Shown: positions 19,524 to 30,165 of the stretch, in pieces
How positions within the stretch are numbered: position 1 is the stretch's first letter
Layout of the letters: every line of letters starts with the position of its first letter
DNA from: Micromonospora sonneratiae
Lineage (GTDB): Bacteria; Actinomycetota; Actinomycetes; Mycobacteriales; Micromonosporaceae
Length of the DNA: 64,000 bases
Direction of reading: 5' to 3'
NCBI RefSeq assembly: GCF_042679305.1
Contig: NZ_JBHTMP010000017.1
Location: 13,551-77,550, forward strand
Translations under genes and position numbers: made by a program
Notes under the pieces: generated by a model
The model's input: only the letters and a program-made list of their open reading frames with translations
Databases searched by the model: none
What the model was told of the DNA's origin: nothing

Positions 19524-20549
19524 ATGCCCATCGCTTCCCCCGAGGTCTACGCCGAGATGCTCGACCGTGCCAAGGCCGGCCGGTACGCGTATCCCGCGAT
19601 CAACGTGACGTCCTCGCAGACCCTCAACGCCGCCCTGAAGGGCTTCGCCGACGCAGAGAGCGACGGCATCATCCAGGTGTCCACCGGTGGCGCGGAGTAC
19701 CTCTCCGGTCCGAGCATCAAGGACATGGTCAGCGGTGCGGTCGCCTTCGCTGCGTACGCCCGCGAGGTGGCCAAGAACTACCCGGTGAACATCGCGTTGC
19801 ACACCGACCACTGCCCCAAGGACAAGCTGGACAAGTTCGTCCGTCCGCTGATGCAGATCTCGAAGGAGCGGGTGGCGCGCGGTGAGGAGCCGCTGTTCCA
19901 GTCGCACATGTGGGACGGCTCCGCCGTGCCGGTCGCCGAGAACCTGGAGATCGCCGCCGGGCTGCTGGACGAGGCCGCCCAGGCCAAGATCGTCCTGGAG
20001 ATCGAGGTCGGCGTCGTCGGTGGTGAGGAGGATGGCGTCGAGAACGCCATCAACGACAAGCTCTACACCACCATCTCCGACGGTCTGGCCATGGTCGAGG
20101 CGCTCGGCCTCGGCGAGAAGGGCCGCTACATGGCGGCGCTGACCTTCGGCAACGTGCACGGCGTGTACAAGCCGGGCAACGTCAAGCTCCGCCCGGAGAT
20201 CCTCCGGGAGATCCAGGACGCGGTCGCCGCCAAGTACGGCAAGGACAAGCCGCTCAGCCTGGTCTTCCACGGCGGGTCCGGTTCGCTGCTCTCCGAGATC
20301 CGCGAGGCGCTCGACTACGGCGTGGTGAAGATGAACATCGACACCGACACCCAGTACTGCTTCACCCGGCCGGTCGCGGACCACATGCTCCGCAACTACG
20401 ACGGCGTGCTGAAGGTGGATGGCGAGGTCGGCAACAAGAAGCTGTACGACCCGCGGGTCTGGGGCAAGCAGGCTGAGGCGGGCATGGCCCAGCGGGTCGT
20501 CGAGGCGTGTGAGCACCTGCGCTCGACGGGCACCAAGCTCGGCAAGTAG
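19524..20549 (+). CDS. fba: Class II fructose-bisphosphate aldolase
   Basis: MPIASPEVYAEMLDRAKAGRYAYPAINVTSSQTLNAAL and Zn-ligand histidines in HTDHC and HGGSG contexts. Confidence 0.95.
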   Translation: MPIASPEVYAEMLDRAKAGRYAYPAINVTSSQTLNAALKGFADAESDGIIQVSTGGAEYLSGPSIKDMVSGAVAFAAYAREVAKNYPVNIALHTDHCPKDKLDKFVRPLMQISKERVARGEEPLFQSHMWDGSAVPVAENLEIAAGLLDEAAQAKIVLEIEVGVVGGEEDGVENAINDKLYTTISDGLAMVEALGLGEKGRYMAALTFGNVHGVYKPGNVKLRPEILREIQDAVAAKYGKDKPLSLVFHGGSGSLLSEIREALDYGVVKMNIDTDTQYCFTRPVADHMLRNYDGVLKVDGEVGNKKLYDPRVWGKQAEAGMAQRVVEACEHLRSTGTKLGK

Positions 20550-20576
20550 GCGCTGAGCGCCCGCTGACAGCACACC

Positions 20577-20625
20577 GTACGGCCGGTTTCCCACCCGGGG
20601 AGCCGGCCGTAGGCCTTTCTGCCCG
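20577..20625 (+). terminator. Terminator-like hairpin after fba
   Basis: ACGGCCGG ... CCGGCCGT stem followed by CTTTCT. Confidence 0.45.
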
Positions 20626-20647
20626 GGATCCCGTTCCGCCTGCTTTC

Positions 20648-20727
20648 CCCGGTAACCGGGTAACCGGGTAACCGGGTAACCGGGTAACCCGGGTAACCGG
20701 GTAACCCGGGTAACCCGGGTAACCCGG
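20648..20727. repeat. Microsatellite: about ten tandem copies of CCGGGTAA / CCCGGGTAA (GGTAACC core)
   Basis: A perfect head-to-tail 8/9-mer array. It is intergenic and is not covered by any credible ORF. Confidence 0.9.
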
Positions 20728-20939
20728 CAGCGTGCCGGGTAGGGGCACGGAAGAGGGCCCGGTGGCACAGGGCGACCAGGCCCTCCTGCCGGATCCTGGG
20801 GAGGGTTCCGGTCCCCTATTTCTAGTCGAGCCGATGGTCACCCGCACCGGCCGCTTGCGTGACGAACACCTCGGCCGTTCAGCCAACCAACCGCTCACAC
20901 CACTCGCCACCGGGGTGCTGCGCCAGGTTGAATGGTCCG

Positions 20940-21368
20940 ATGCAGAATCTGTTGCCCGAACCGCCTGCCACGCTCCTGCCCGGCGACCCGGCCGCCGAGG
21001 CGGCCCTCGCCCAAGCCGAGCAGGCGCAGACAGACGAGGCGTACGCCGCAGCTGCGGCACAGTTCCCGACCTTCAGCGCGGCCTGGGCTGCGCTGGCCGC
21101 GCGGGCCTTCGCCGCCGGCCAGGTCGTCCAGACGTACGCCTTCGCGCGGACCGGCTACCACCGGGGCCTGGACCAGCTGCGCCGTAGCGGCTGGAAGGGG
21201 CACGGTCCGGTACCGTGGGCGCATGGTCCCAACCGTGGCTTCCTGCGCTGCCTGCACCTGTTGTCCCGAGCTGCCGGCGAGATCGGTGAGTCGGACGAGG
21301 CAGCCCGGTGTGCCCAGTTCCTCCGCGACTGCGACCCGGCCGCAGGCGACGCGCTCGCCGGCAGCTGA
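20940..21368 (+). CDS. DUF3151-family protein
   Basis: Ala-rich helical protein (FPTFSAAWAALAARAFAAGQVVQTYAFARTGYHRGLDQLRRSGWKG). This family is typically encoded next to fba in actinobacteria. The start is assigned to Met 20940. Confidence 0.65.
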   Translation: MQNLLPEPPATLLPGDPAAEAALAQAEQAQTDEAYAAAAAQFPTFSAAWAALAARAFAAGQVVQTYAFARTGYHRGLDQLRRSGWKGHGPVPWAHGPNRGFLRCLHLLSRAAGEIGESDEAARCAQFLRDCDPAAGDALAGS

Positions 21369-21563
21369 GCCGGTCAGCCGGCAGTCGGGCAGGCCGAACC
21401 GATCCTCGCCCAGCCCCCTGCCGGCTCACTACCGCGTCAGCCCGACCTGCCACTACCTCAGCCTGACCCGCCACTACCGGCCGATCAGTCGCTGATCACG
21501 CCGGTTGGTGGCGTCGGTCTCCAGCTGATGCGTCCGTCCCCGGCTGAAGATCCTGGTTGCGCC

Positions 21564-23810
21564 CTACAGCCCCTCGGCCACGGCAGCGGCGATCTTCAAC
21601 CAGGCATCCTTGGTGGCGGAGGAGAGCTGGCCGTACCGGATCGGCTCCCCGGCGTCGATCAGGCGTTCGTACGGGGCCAGTAGGACGGCTCTGGTCCGGG
21701 CCGCGAAGTGCTGTTGAATCGCCGGCAGGTCGATCTCCTTGCGTGACGGTGGCATCGACACGACCGTCACCGCCTGCCGGACCAGGCGCTGTCGTCCGCT
21801 CTGTTCGAGATGGTCGAGCATCCGCGCCGCAGTCTCGGCCGAGTCGTTCCGGGCCGACATGGTTATCAGTAGCTGGTCGGTCGCGTCGATCGCGGCCTGC
21901 CAGTTCTGTGCCCGTACGTTGTTACCGGTGTCCACGAAGATCAACTTGTAGAACCGGCTGACCACCTCACGGAGTTCGGCGAACGCGCTGGCCGTCAGCA
22001 TCTCGCCACCGGTGGCGGACTCGTCGGAGGCGAGTACGTCGAACATGCCCTCGCCCTGAGAACGGACATACTGGGACAGGTCGCCGACCCGCCCGTGCGC
22101 TCCCTGGAACTGGCCGAGATCGCGGAGCAGGTCGCGGACGGTACGGGCGTGGAAGTCCTGCTGCGCCCGCATCCCGAGGGTGCCCTGGGTCTCGTTGTTG
22201 TCCCAGGCCAGCACGTACCCGCCACGCCTCTGACCGAAGGTCATCGCCAGCAGCAGGATCGCCACGGTCTTACCGGCGCCGCCCTTGGGATTGACGACGG
22301 TCACCTGCCGCAGGCCGCCGAAGTTACGGCGGACGGTATCGATGTCCTGCCTGACCTCCTGCTCGTGCCGGCCGGGTGAGAGCCGTACCAGACCCAGCGA
22401 GGTCCGGTTGACCGCAGCCCGGAGGCCCATGGTGGCGACCGGGTCGGGTGGGCGGACCGCCCGGCGACGTGCGAACTCGTCGGCCGTCGGGGCCGAGTTT
22501 TCCGGCGTCCAGACTGGTTCGGGATAGGCCGGCCCGGGTTGGGGCGGCATCCGGACCACACCGGGGGCGTCCTGGAACGGCTGCTGCGGTACCGGGGTGA
22601 CACCGGGATACCGCTCGCCCCGGGGACCGGGGATCCCCGGTGGCGTCGGTGGTCCGGGCGGTACGGCATCGCCCGGCCGGTACACCGGTGTCGGCCAACC
22701 GGGCATCGGTGCCGGCGGTCCGGGAGGTGCCGGCGGGTGCATGGACGGCGTGGGCGGATATCCGGCCGGAGTCGGGCGTGCGGGGCCGGGAGGAGCCGCA
22801 GGAGAACCGGTTCCGGCCGGACTGGTCGGGTGGGCCGCTGGCTCCGGTGCGGGCGGGTACGGTGCTCCGCCGGGCGGCGATACCGGGTGGGATCCGCCGC
22901 CGGGCGGCGATACCGGGTGGGATCCGCCCTGGGGCGGCGACTGCCGGGGCTCGGGAGCCCGGGGAACAGGTGGTGCGGCGGTGCCACGGGCCGTCGGCGG
23001 GCGCTGCGGAGGTTGCGCCCACGGCGACTGTGCGGCCTGCGGCAGGGTGGCAGGTCCTTCGGCGGGCTCGGGGCCACCGACCATCGGGGTGTCCATGGTG
23101 AACGGTTGGTCGAGGGTGACGGGCAGAGCGGCGCGGGTCGACGCTCTGCCAGCGACCGGGTCGGAGTTGGCCGACGGCTCGGAACCGGCTTCCGGGTCGG
23201 GACCCTGCTGATCCGGGGCAGCCGGCCGGTCGGTGTCCGACTCGGGCTGGTCACCGAGTTTCGGCTGCGGCTGGTCACTGGCGGGTGCTGCCGGAACACT
23301 CGGGTTGCCCGGGCCCAGGTCGGTGCCGGGGGACACCGGTGCGGTGGGGGGAGTTGGCGGCCCGACCACGGGCCAGGCGCGGGTGGGCAGGTCCGCCGGT
23401 GGCGTGCCCTGCTGGTTCGGCGGGACCGGGCCCGGCCCGGGCGGGTACGACGGCGGCCCGGGTGGCGTTGCCTGCTGGTTCGGCGGTCCGGGTGGGTAAG
23501 TCGGCGGCCCGGGCTGGTACGTCGGCGGACCGGGTGGGTACGACGGCGGACCGGGTGGGTACGACGGCGGTCCGGGCGGATAGACCGGGCCGGGTGGCGT
23601 GGCCTGCTGGTTCGGCGGGACCGGTCCGGGGACTGGCGGGTGGGCGAGGGGAGCGCCATGGCCGGGGTGACCGCCGTCGGGTTGTGGCTGCCCCGGACTT
23701 GCCCACGGCTCTGCCGCCAACTCGTCCGGTGCCCAGAACGGCTCGACATCGCGCTGTGGGATCGCTCCCTGACCTGGTACGTGAACCCGGTCCGTGTGCT
23801 CGTCCTGCAC
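21564..23810 (-). CDS. MinD/ParA-family P-loop ATPase with ~480-aa proline-rich N-terminal region
   Basis: C-terminal deviant Walker A (VVNPKGGAGKTV) and a ParA/MinD core. The N-terminus contains long PPGPP / PPSYPPGP repeats. The precise start is uncertain. Confidence 0.7.
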   Translation of the reverse strand: MQDEHTDRVHVPGQGAIPQRDVEPFWAPDELAAEPWASPGQPQPDGGHPGHGAPLAHPPVPGPVPPNQQATPPGPVYPPGPPSYPPGPPSYPPGPPTYQPGPPTYPPGPPNQQATPPGPPSYPPGPGPVPPNQQGTPPADLPTRAWPVVGPPTPPTAPVSPGTDLGPGNPSVPAAPASDQPQPKLGDQPESDTDRPAAPDQQGPDPEAGSEPSANSDPVAGRASTRAALPVTLDQPFTMDTPMVGGPEPAEGPATLPQAAQSPWAQPPQRPPTARGTAAPPVPRAPEPRQSPPQGGSHPVSPPGGGSHPVSPPGGAPYPPAPEPAAHPTSPAGTGSPAAPPGPARPTPAGYPPTPSMHPPAPPGPPAPMPGWPTPVYRPGDAVPPGPPTPPGIPGPRGERYPGVTPVPQQPFQDAPGVVRMPPQPGPAYPEPVWTPENSAPTADEFARRRAVRPPDPVATMGLRAAVNRTSLGLVRLSPGRHEQEVRQDIDTVRRNFGGLRQVTVVNPKGGAGKTVAILLLAMTFGQRRGGYVLAWDNNETQGTLGMRAQQDFHARTVRDLLRDLGQFQGAHGRVGDLSQYVRSQGEGMFDVLASDESATGGEMLTASAFAELREVVSRFYKLIFVDTGNNVRAQNWQAAIDATDQLLITMSARNDSAETAARMLDHLEQSGRQRLVRQAVTVVSMPPSRKEIDLPAIQQHFAARTRAVLLAPYERLIDAGEPIRYGQLSSATKDAWLKIAAAVAEGL

Positions 23811-23898
23811 AGTCCACCTCCCCCTTCCTTGCCCGAGGATATGCCGGTCGATCAGTATCAGCCGGGCAGCGAAGCCAACCGCAGCCTCGCACAGGAGA

Positions 23899-24885
23899 TC
23901 AGCGGTCGAACACCGCCCATGCGCCCGGCTCGATCCACCACGAGCGTTTCCGGCTCAGCTCGCCGGCCACCCCATCGTCCAGGTACGGCAGGCTGCCGTC
24001 GCGGGGCGTGATGGCGACAGCTCGCCCGCGAGCCCGCCGTACCTCGATGCGTACCCGCTTTTTACCTAACCGTGATCGGGTGACAACCGGAACGGCCACA
24101 GCGACCTCGATTACGCCGTTGGCGGGGTCGGCCCCGGTCAGCAGGGGAACCGGGTCGAGCGTGGCGTAGCCGTTGCCGTTGCCGACCGCGCAGGCCATGA
24201 TCGGGTCGTCGCCCTCGGAGAGAACGGCGTCGTCGACCTCGACCCGACCACGCCAGGGCAACGGTCGGCCGTCCTCGTCGGCGCCACCGAGCAGGGCGCC
24301 GTCGAGGGTGACCGAGCCACCGTCGTTGCGGAGCAGGTCGAGCCGGCGGACCCGGCCGTCGAGTACGGCGGCGGCCACCTCCGCCGGATCACGGGGCAGT
24401 CCCAACTGTCCGGCCAGATCGGCGTGATCGCTGCTCCGGGCCGGGTCGAGGGGGAGGATCGCGACCGGTGGAAGGTCGGGAACGGTTCGGTTGCCGGCGA
24501 GGTCGGCGGGACGCCGGCTGGGCGGCGGGGCGTACCGGCGGACCAGCCGACGCATCACGGCCCGTAACTGTCCGTCACTGGCGGTAGCAACCACGAGTCG
24601 GGTCTTGCTGTCGTCGTCCGGCCAGGTGAGCCCGTCCGGCCGGGCGGGACCGTCAAGTCTGGATAGCACCGCGTCGATTTCCTTGTCGGAGTTCGCGGTG
24701 ACCGTTTCGACCCGTGCACCCCGGGTCGTGAGAGCATCTGCGCAGTTCAGCACGGGTACGCGCGGTGTCTCTGCGCATTTTTCGTCGCCCGGTCCGGGTG
24801 CGGATCCGCAGCAGGCACCACCGCTGGCACAGCCTGCCGAGTCATCGCGACCGGCTCCGAGGGTGAGCAGCACCACGTCGTACAC
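23899..24885 (-). CDS. Hypothetical protein (conserved actinobacterial, Cys-rich N-terminus)
   Basis: 328-aa ORF directly upstream of, and co-directional with, the MinD-like ATPase. No assignable motif. Confidence 0.5.
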   Translation of the reverse strand: MYDVVLLTLGAGRDDSAGCASGGACCGSAPGPGDEKCAETPRVPVLNCADALTTRGARVETVTANSDKEIDAVLSRLDGPARPDGLTWPDDDSKTRLVVATASDGQLRAVMRRLVRRYAPPPSRRPADLAGNRTVPDLPPVAILPLDPARSSDHADLAGQLGLPRDPAEVAAAVLDGRVRRLDLLRNDGGSVTLDGALLGGADEDGRPLPWRGRVEVDDAVLSEGDDPIMACAVGNGNGYATLDPVPLLTGADPANGVIEVAVAVPVVTRSRLGKKRVRIEVRRARGRAVAITPRDGSLPYLDDGVAGELSRKRSWWIEPGAWAVFDR

Positions 24886-25007
24886 GTAGGTGTCCTCCTG
24901 CCTCTCACACGGCCTCTGCCGGCCGGGTCGTCACTTCTTGTTAATCTGGGCCCTCGGGCTCGCCGCGCGGTCGCCACCTGGCACCCGGGCCCCGTGAAGG
25001 CGGGTAG

Positions 25008-26300
<1,293 letters not shown>

Positions 26301-26309
26301 CCCACCCCA

Positions 26310-26338
26310 CCCCTGCCCCTGCCCCTGCCCCTGCCCCT
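26310..26338. repeat. (CCCCTG)5 microsatellite immediately after the purA stop
   Basis: Five perfect tandem hexamers. Confidence 0.9.
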
Positions 26339-26343
26339 ATGCG

Positions 26344-26402
26344 TTGATCATGAAGTTGTTGTCGCAAAAACCGGCGTGTCGCGGTGACAACTTCATGATC
26401 AA
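26344..26402. repeat. 59-bp palindromic element, copy A (TTGATCATGAAGTTGTTGTC ... GACAACTTCATGATCAA)
   Basis: 16-20-bp stems with a loop containing AAACCGGC. It is homologous to the copy at 27447-27505. Confidence 0.85.
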
Positions 26403-26493
26403 CCCGGGCGGGCAACGCGGGTGGGGCGTGGGAAAGTTATCCACAGGGGGCGTTCCGTTACCCGGGGTTATCCACAGGGGCTTGGATTGATCT

Positions 26494-27450
26494 TTGCGGG
26501 CCGCGACAGTGGCCTCCATGGATTCGATGACGCTGATTCGGAAGATTGCCGCTAGCCAGGACGGGACCGTCACGCTCACCCAGGCGAACGCGGCTGGTCT
26601 GACCGTTCACGAGGTGCACCGACTGTGCCGTTCCGGACGTTGGCGTCGCCTGGCCAGAGCCGGCTATCTCGTTGATGCCGACCGGTACGCGGAGATCCCG
26701 CGCCGGGTACGCATCCGGGCCGCCGTCGCGTCGTTCGGCCGGAGTGCGGCGGCGGTGCTGGACACTGCCGCAGAGCTGCACGGGATCGCGGGCACTCGGC
26801 GGACGGAGGCGATTCACGTCTCCCTGCCAGGTCCAGCCGTCCGGCCCAGCCGGGACACCGATCCAGCTGTGATCATCCATCAACTGACCATCGGTGCGGC
26901 GCAGCTCTGCGACGTGGCGGGTATCCCGGTCACTCGTCCGGTGCGTACGGTTGCCGACATCATCGTCCGCGCGGACCGTTTCACGGCCGTCTCGGTGCTC
27001 GACTCGGCGGTCAACCGCCAGGTTGTCACGGCAGAGGAGTTCGCGATGATTCCGGGGCTGATCCGTGGCCGACGTGGTGCCGTCGCCGCTCGCGGTTACC
27101 TTGCCGAGTGCGATGGACGCGCCCAGTCGCCGCTGGAGACAAGGTTGAGGCTGCGGTGTGTGGACGGCAGGGTGGCGCCTGACGTGTTGCAGCATGAGGT
27201 TCGCGACCGGGACGGCTGTCTGCTCGGCGTCGGTGATCTGGCCTGGCTGGCGGCACGCCTGATCGGGGAGGCGGATGGCCGGGAGGTGCACGGCACGCCT
27301 GAGGCCGTCTACCAGGACCGGTGGCGGCAGAACCGGATCGTCAATGCCGGTTGGCGGATTCTGCGGTTCACCTGGGACGACACGATGCGGCCGGACTACA
27401 TCCCGTTCGTCGTCCGGAATGCGCTCGCTGCCTCCCCTCTACCGCGTTGA
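26494..27450 (+). CDS. DUF559/AbiEi-like endonuclease-domain protein (very-short-patch-repair-like C-terminus)
   Basis: The C-terminal region (GREVHGTPEAVYQDRWRQNRIVNAGWRILRF) resembles the DUF559 family common in actinomycetes. The gene is flanked by the two palindromic elements. The true start may be at Met 26518 or 26527. Confidence 0.6.
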   Translation: MRAATVASMDSMTLIRKIAASQDGTVTLTQANAAGLTVHEVHRLCRSGRWRRLARAGYLVDADRYAEIPRRVRIRAAVASFGRSAAAVLDTAAELHGIAGTRRTEAIHVSLPGPAVRPSRDTDPAVIIHQLTIGAAQLCDVAGIPVTRPVRTVADIIVRADRFTAVSVLDSAVNRQVVTAEEFAMIPGLIRGRRGAVAARGYLAECDGRAQSPLETRLRLRCVDGRVAPDVLQHEVRDRDGCLLGVGDLAWLAARLIGEADGREVHGTPEAVYQDRWRQNRIVNAGWRILRFTWDDTMRPDYIPFVVRNALAASPLPR

Positions 27451-27505
27451 TCATGAAGCTGTTGTCCGAAACCGGCCCGATTCTGGACAACAACTTCATG
27501 ATCAA
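27447..27505. repeat. 59-bp palindromic element, copy B
   Basis: TTGATCATGAAGCTGTTGTCC ... GGACAACAACTTCATGATCAA. It begins at the stop codon of the DUF559 gene and its loop again contains AAACCGGC. Confidence 0.85.
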
Positions 27506-27540
27506 CGGGGAGGGAGGGGGGGCGCGTAGGATCGGGCATC

Positions 27541-28794
27541 GTGCGCGTACTTCTCATCGGAAGCGGCGGGCGGGAGCATGCGCTCGCGCTCGGCCTGGCC
27601 GCTGATCCCTCGGTCCAGCAGCTCACCGCCGCCCCGGGCAACCCCGGCATCGCCACCGTCGCCGAGTTGCGCCAGGTGGACGCCGTCGACCCGGCCAGCG
27701 TCGCCGCGCTTGCGGTGGAGACCGGCGCCGACCTCGTGGTGATCGGCCCGGAGGCCCCGCTGGTGGCCGGGGTCGCCGACGCCGTACGCGCCAAGGGCAT
27801 CGCCTGCTTCGGCCCGTCCGCCGCCGCCGCGCAACTGGAGGGCTCGAAGGCGTTCGCCAAGGAGATCATGACGGCGGCCGGGGTGCCGACCGCCCGCGCC
27901 CCCACCTGCGTGACCGCCGAAGAGGCGGAACACGCGCTGGACGACTTCGGTGCGCCGTACGTGGTCAAGGACGACGGGCTGGCCGCCGGAAAGGGCGTGG
28001 TGGTGACCGACGACCGGGCCGTCGCGCTGGCCCACGCGGCTGCCTGTGAGCGGGTGGTGGTCGAGGAGTACCTCGCCGGACCCGAGGTTTCGCTGTTCGT
28101 GGTCACCGACGGCGAGGCAGCGGTGCCGCTGCTCCCGGCACAGGACTTCAAGCGGATCGGCGACGGCGACACCGGCCCGAACACGGGTGGCATGGGGGCG
28201 TACGCGCCACTGCCCTGGGCGCCGGCCGGACTGGTCGACGAGGTCATGCGCGACGTGGTGCATCCGACGCTGGCCGAGATGCGTCGCCGGGGCACGCCCT
28301 TCGCCGGCCTGCTCTACGTCGGCTTGGCGATCACCGCCACCGGTCCGAAGGTGATCGAGTTCAACGCCCGGTTCGGCGACCCGGAGACCCAGGTCGTACT
28401 CGCCCTGCTGGAGACGCCGCTGGCCGGGCTGCTGCACGCCGCCGCGACCGGCACGCTCGGCCAGCAGCCACCGCTGCGCTGGCGGCCGGGTTCGGCGGTC
28501 ACCGTCGTGGTCGCCGCCGCGGGCTACCCGGACGCGCCGCGCACCGGTGATGTGATCACCGGTGCGGACCAGCCCGGGATCATCCACGCCGGCACCCGTC
28601 GGGACGCCGACGGTACGTTGCGCTCCTCGGGCGGCCGGGTCCTCTGTGGTACGGCCATCGGCCCGGATCTCACCGCTGCGCGGGAAGCGGCGTACGCCCT
28701 GGTCGACGGGGTTGGCCTGGCCGAGTCCCAGCATCGGCGGGACATCGCCCTGGCGGCGGCGCAGGGACGGATCCAGCCCCCGACCGCCGGCTGA
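27541..28794 (+). CDS. purD: Phosphoribosylamine-glycine ligase
   Basis: MRVLLIGSGGREHALALGL N-terminus and ATP-grasp motifs. GTG start preceded by GGAGGGAGG. Confidence 0.95.
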   Translation: MRVLLIGSGGREHALALGLAADPSVQQLTAAPGNPGIATVAELRQVDAVDPASVAALAVETGADLVVIGPEAPLVAGVADAVRAKGIACFGPSAAAAQLEGSKAFAKEIMTAAGVPTARAPTCVTAEEAEHALDDFGAPYVVKDDGLAAGKGVVVTDDRAVALAHAAACERVVVEEYLAGPEVSLFVVTDGEAAVPLLPAQDFKRIGDGDTGPNTGGMGAYAPLPWAPAGLVDEVMRDVVHPTLAEMRRRGTPFAGLLYVGLAITATGPKVIEFNARFGDPETQVVLALLETPLAGLLHAAATGTLGQQPPLRWRPGSAVTVVVAAAGYPDAPRTGDVITGADQPGIIHAGTRRDADGTLRSSGGRVLCGTAIGPDLTAAREAAYALVDGVGLAESQHRRDIALAAAQGRIQPPTAG

Positions 28795-28818
28795 TGGTCC
28801 AGGCCGGGGGCTGAGGGC

Positions 28819-30165
28819 TCAGGCCCGGTCGTCGGGGCGGTCCCGGCGGGCGGTGGAGATCCACTGCTCGCCGAGCGGGACCGGTCCCTCGTCCAGCGGG
28901 GCGGTGACCGGGGCCGGCGGATGGATGGGTGGCTCGTCCAGGGCCTGTAGCGACGGCAGGGGAATGGCCACCAGCGCGACGACGAGCAGCGCCACGGCCA
29001 GGACCAGGAAGGCCGGCCGTACGCCGAGCCACTCCACGAGTGGTCCGGCCAGCAGATATCCGGCTGGCCCGGCGGCGTACGCGGACGAGGTCATCACCCC
29101 TACGACGCGCCCGCGCAGGTGCTCCGGCGTACGGGTCTGCATCGCGTAGTTGGCCAGCGGGTTGATCGGGCCGTACATCAGCCCGGTCGCCGCGGCCAGG
29201 GCGATCATCGCCGGGTACGGCGGCAGCGCGGCCAGCCCGACCAGGGCGATGCCGGTGCCGACCAGGGCGATCACGAACGCGGTACGGCGACGGATCCGGT
29301 GTCCCAGGCCACCGAAGAGGAGCGCCCCGACGATTCCGCCGGCGCTCATCGCCATCACGATGGTGCCCAGTCGGGACGGCGCACCCTGGGCGACGAAGTA
29401 CGCCGGCAGGATGACGCCCTCCGACGGTAGGTAGAGCGCCACGAGTGCCATGGTCAGCAGGGCGATGGTTCGCAGCAGGCGGTCCCGCCAGACGAAGGTC
29501 AGGCCCTCGACGGTGCCGTGCCAGATGCCCGCTGGCCGGGTCTCGGGCCGTCCCGCCCCGGGCAGCCGTACTGCCGCGATCAGCAGCATGGAGAGTACGA
29601 AGCCGGCGGCGGTCACCCAGAGGGTGCGTTCCGGGCCGAAGGCGGCGATGAGTACGCCACCGACGCCGGGGCCGACGAGGAAGGCGACACCCCACATCGC
29701 CTCGTGGACGCTGTTGGCCCGGTCGATCCGCCAGCGTGCCGCCGCGGCGGCGGCCGGCAGCATGGTCTCCCGTGCGGTGAGCCCGGCCGGGTCGAAGACC
29801 GCGCCGAGCACGGCCAGTACGACGATGGCGGCGATGTTCAGCCCGAGGGTGGCGTCCAGGATCGGGATCGCCGCGACCGAGGCGGCCGACAGGGCGTCGG
29901 AGACGATCGAGGTCCGCCGCCGACCGAGCAGGTCGACCACGGTCCCGGAGAGCAGACTGGAGACCAGCAGTGGCAGGGCGGTGGCCGCCGCGACGATACC
30001 GGCGGCGGTCGGGCTGCCGGTGCGTTCCAGGACCAGCCAGGGCAGCGCGACGGTGGCCACCCCGTTTCCGGTGCCGGAGAGCAGCGTCGCCGCCTCGACC
30101 AGCAGGAGCGGGCCCAGGCGGCGGGCGGGCGGTCCAGGGGTCGCCGGCGGCCGGCGGCTGGCCAT
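28819..30165 (-). CDS. MFS transporter
   Basis: 12-TM profile, MFS motif-A-like GLGHRIRRR. AAGGAG lies 9 nt upstream of ATG 30165. The upstream ORF extension was rejected. Confidence 0.8.
   Translation of the reverse strand: MASRRPPATPGPPARRLGPLLLVEAATLLSGTGNGVATVALPWLVLERTGSPTAAGIVAAATALPLLVSSLLSGTVVDLLGRRRTSIVSDALSAASVAAIPILDATLGLNIAAIVVLAVLGAVFDPAGLTARETMLPAAAAAARWRIDRANSVHEAMWGVAFLVGPGVGGVLIAAFGPERTLWVTAAGFVLSMLLIAAVRLPGAGRPETRPAGIWHGTVEGLTFVWRDRLLRTIALLTMALVALYLPSEGVILPAYFVAQGAPSRLGTIVMAMSAGGIVGALLFGGLGHRIRRRTAFVIALVGTGIALVGLAALPPYPAMIALAAATGLMYGPINPLANYAMQTRTPEHLRGRVVGVMTSSAYAAGPAGYLLAGPLVEWLGVRPAFLVLAVALLVVALVAIPLPSLQALDEPPIHPPAPVTAPLDEGPVPLGEQWISTARRDRPDDRA

Noticed and set aside
20648-20727. 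Tandem repeat arrays (20648..20727, 26310..26338, 59610..59693) considered as CRISPR arrays
   Set aside because: Units are 6-12 nt with no spacers and no cas genes, so these are microsatellite or minisatellite repeats.
22301-23749. 482-aa Arg-rich ORF, plus the 22539..24011 + ORF, overlapping the MinD-like gene
   Set aside because: These are alternative-frame or antisense artefacts of the proline-rich (CCN-rich) coding region.
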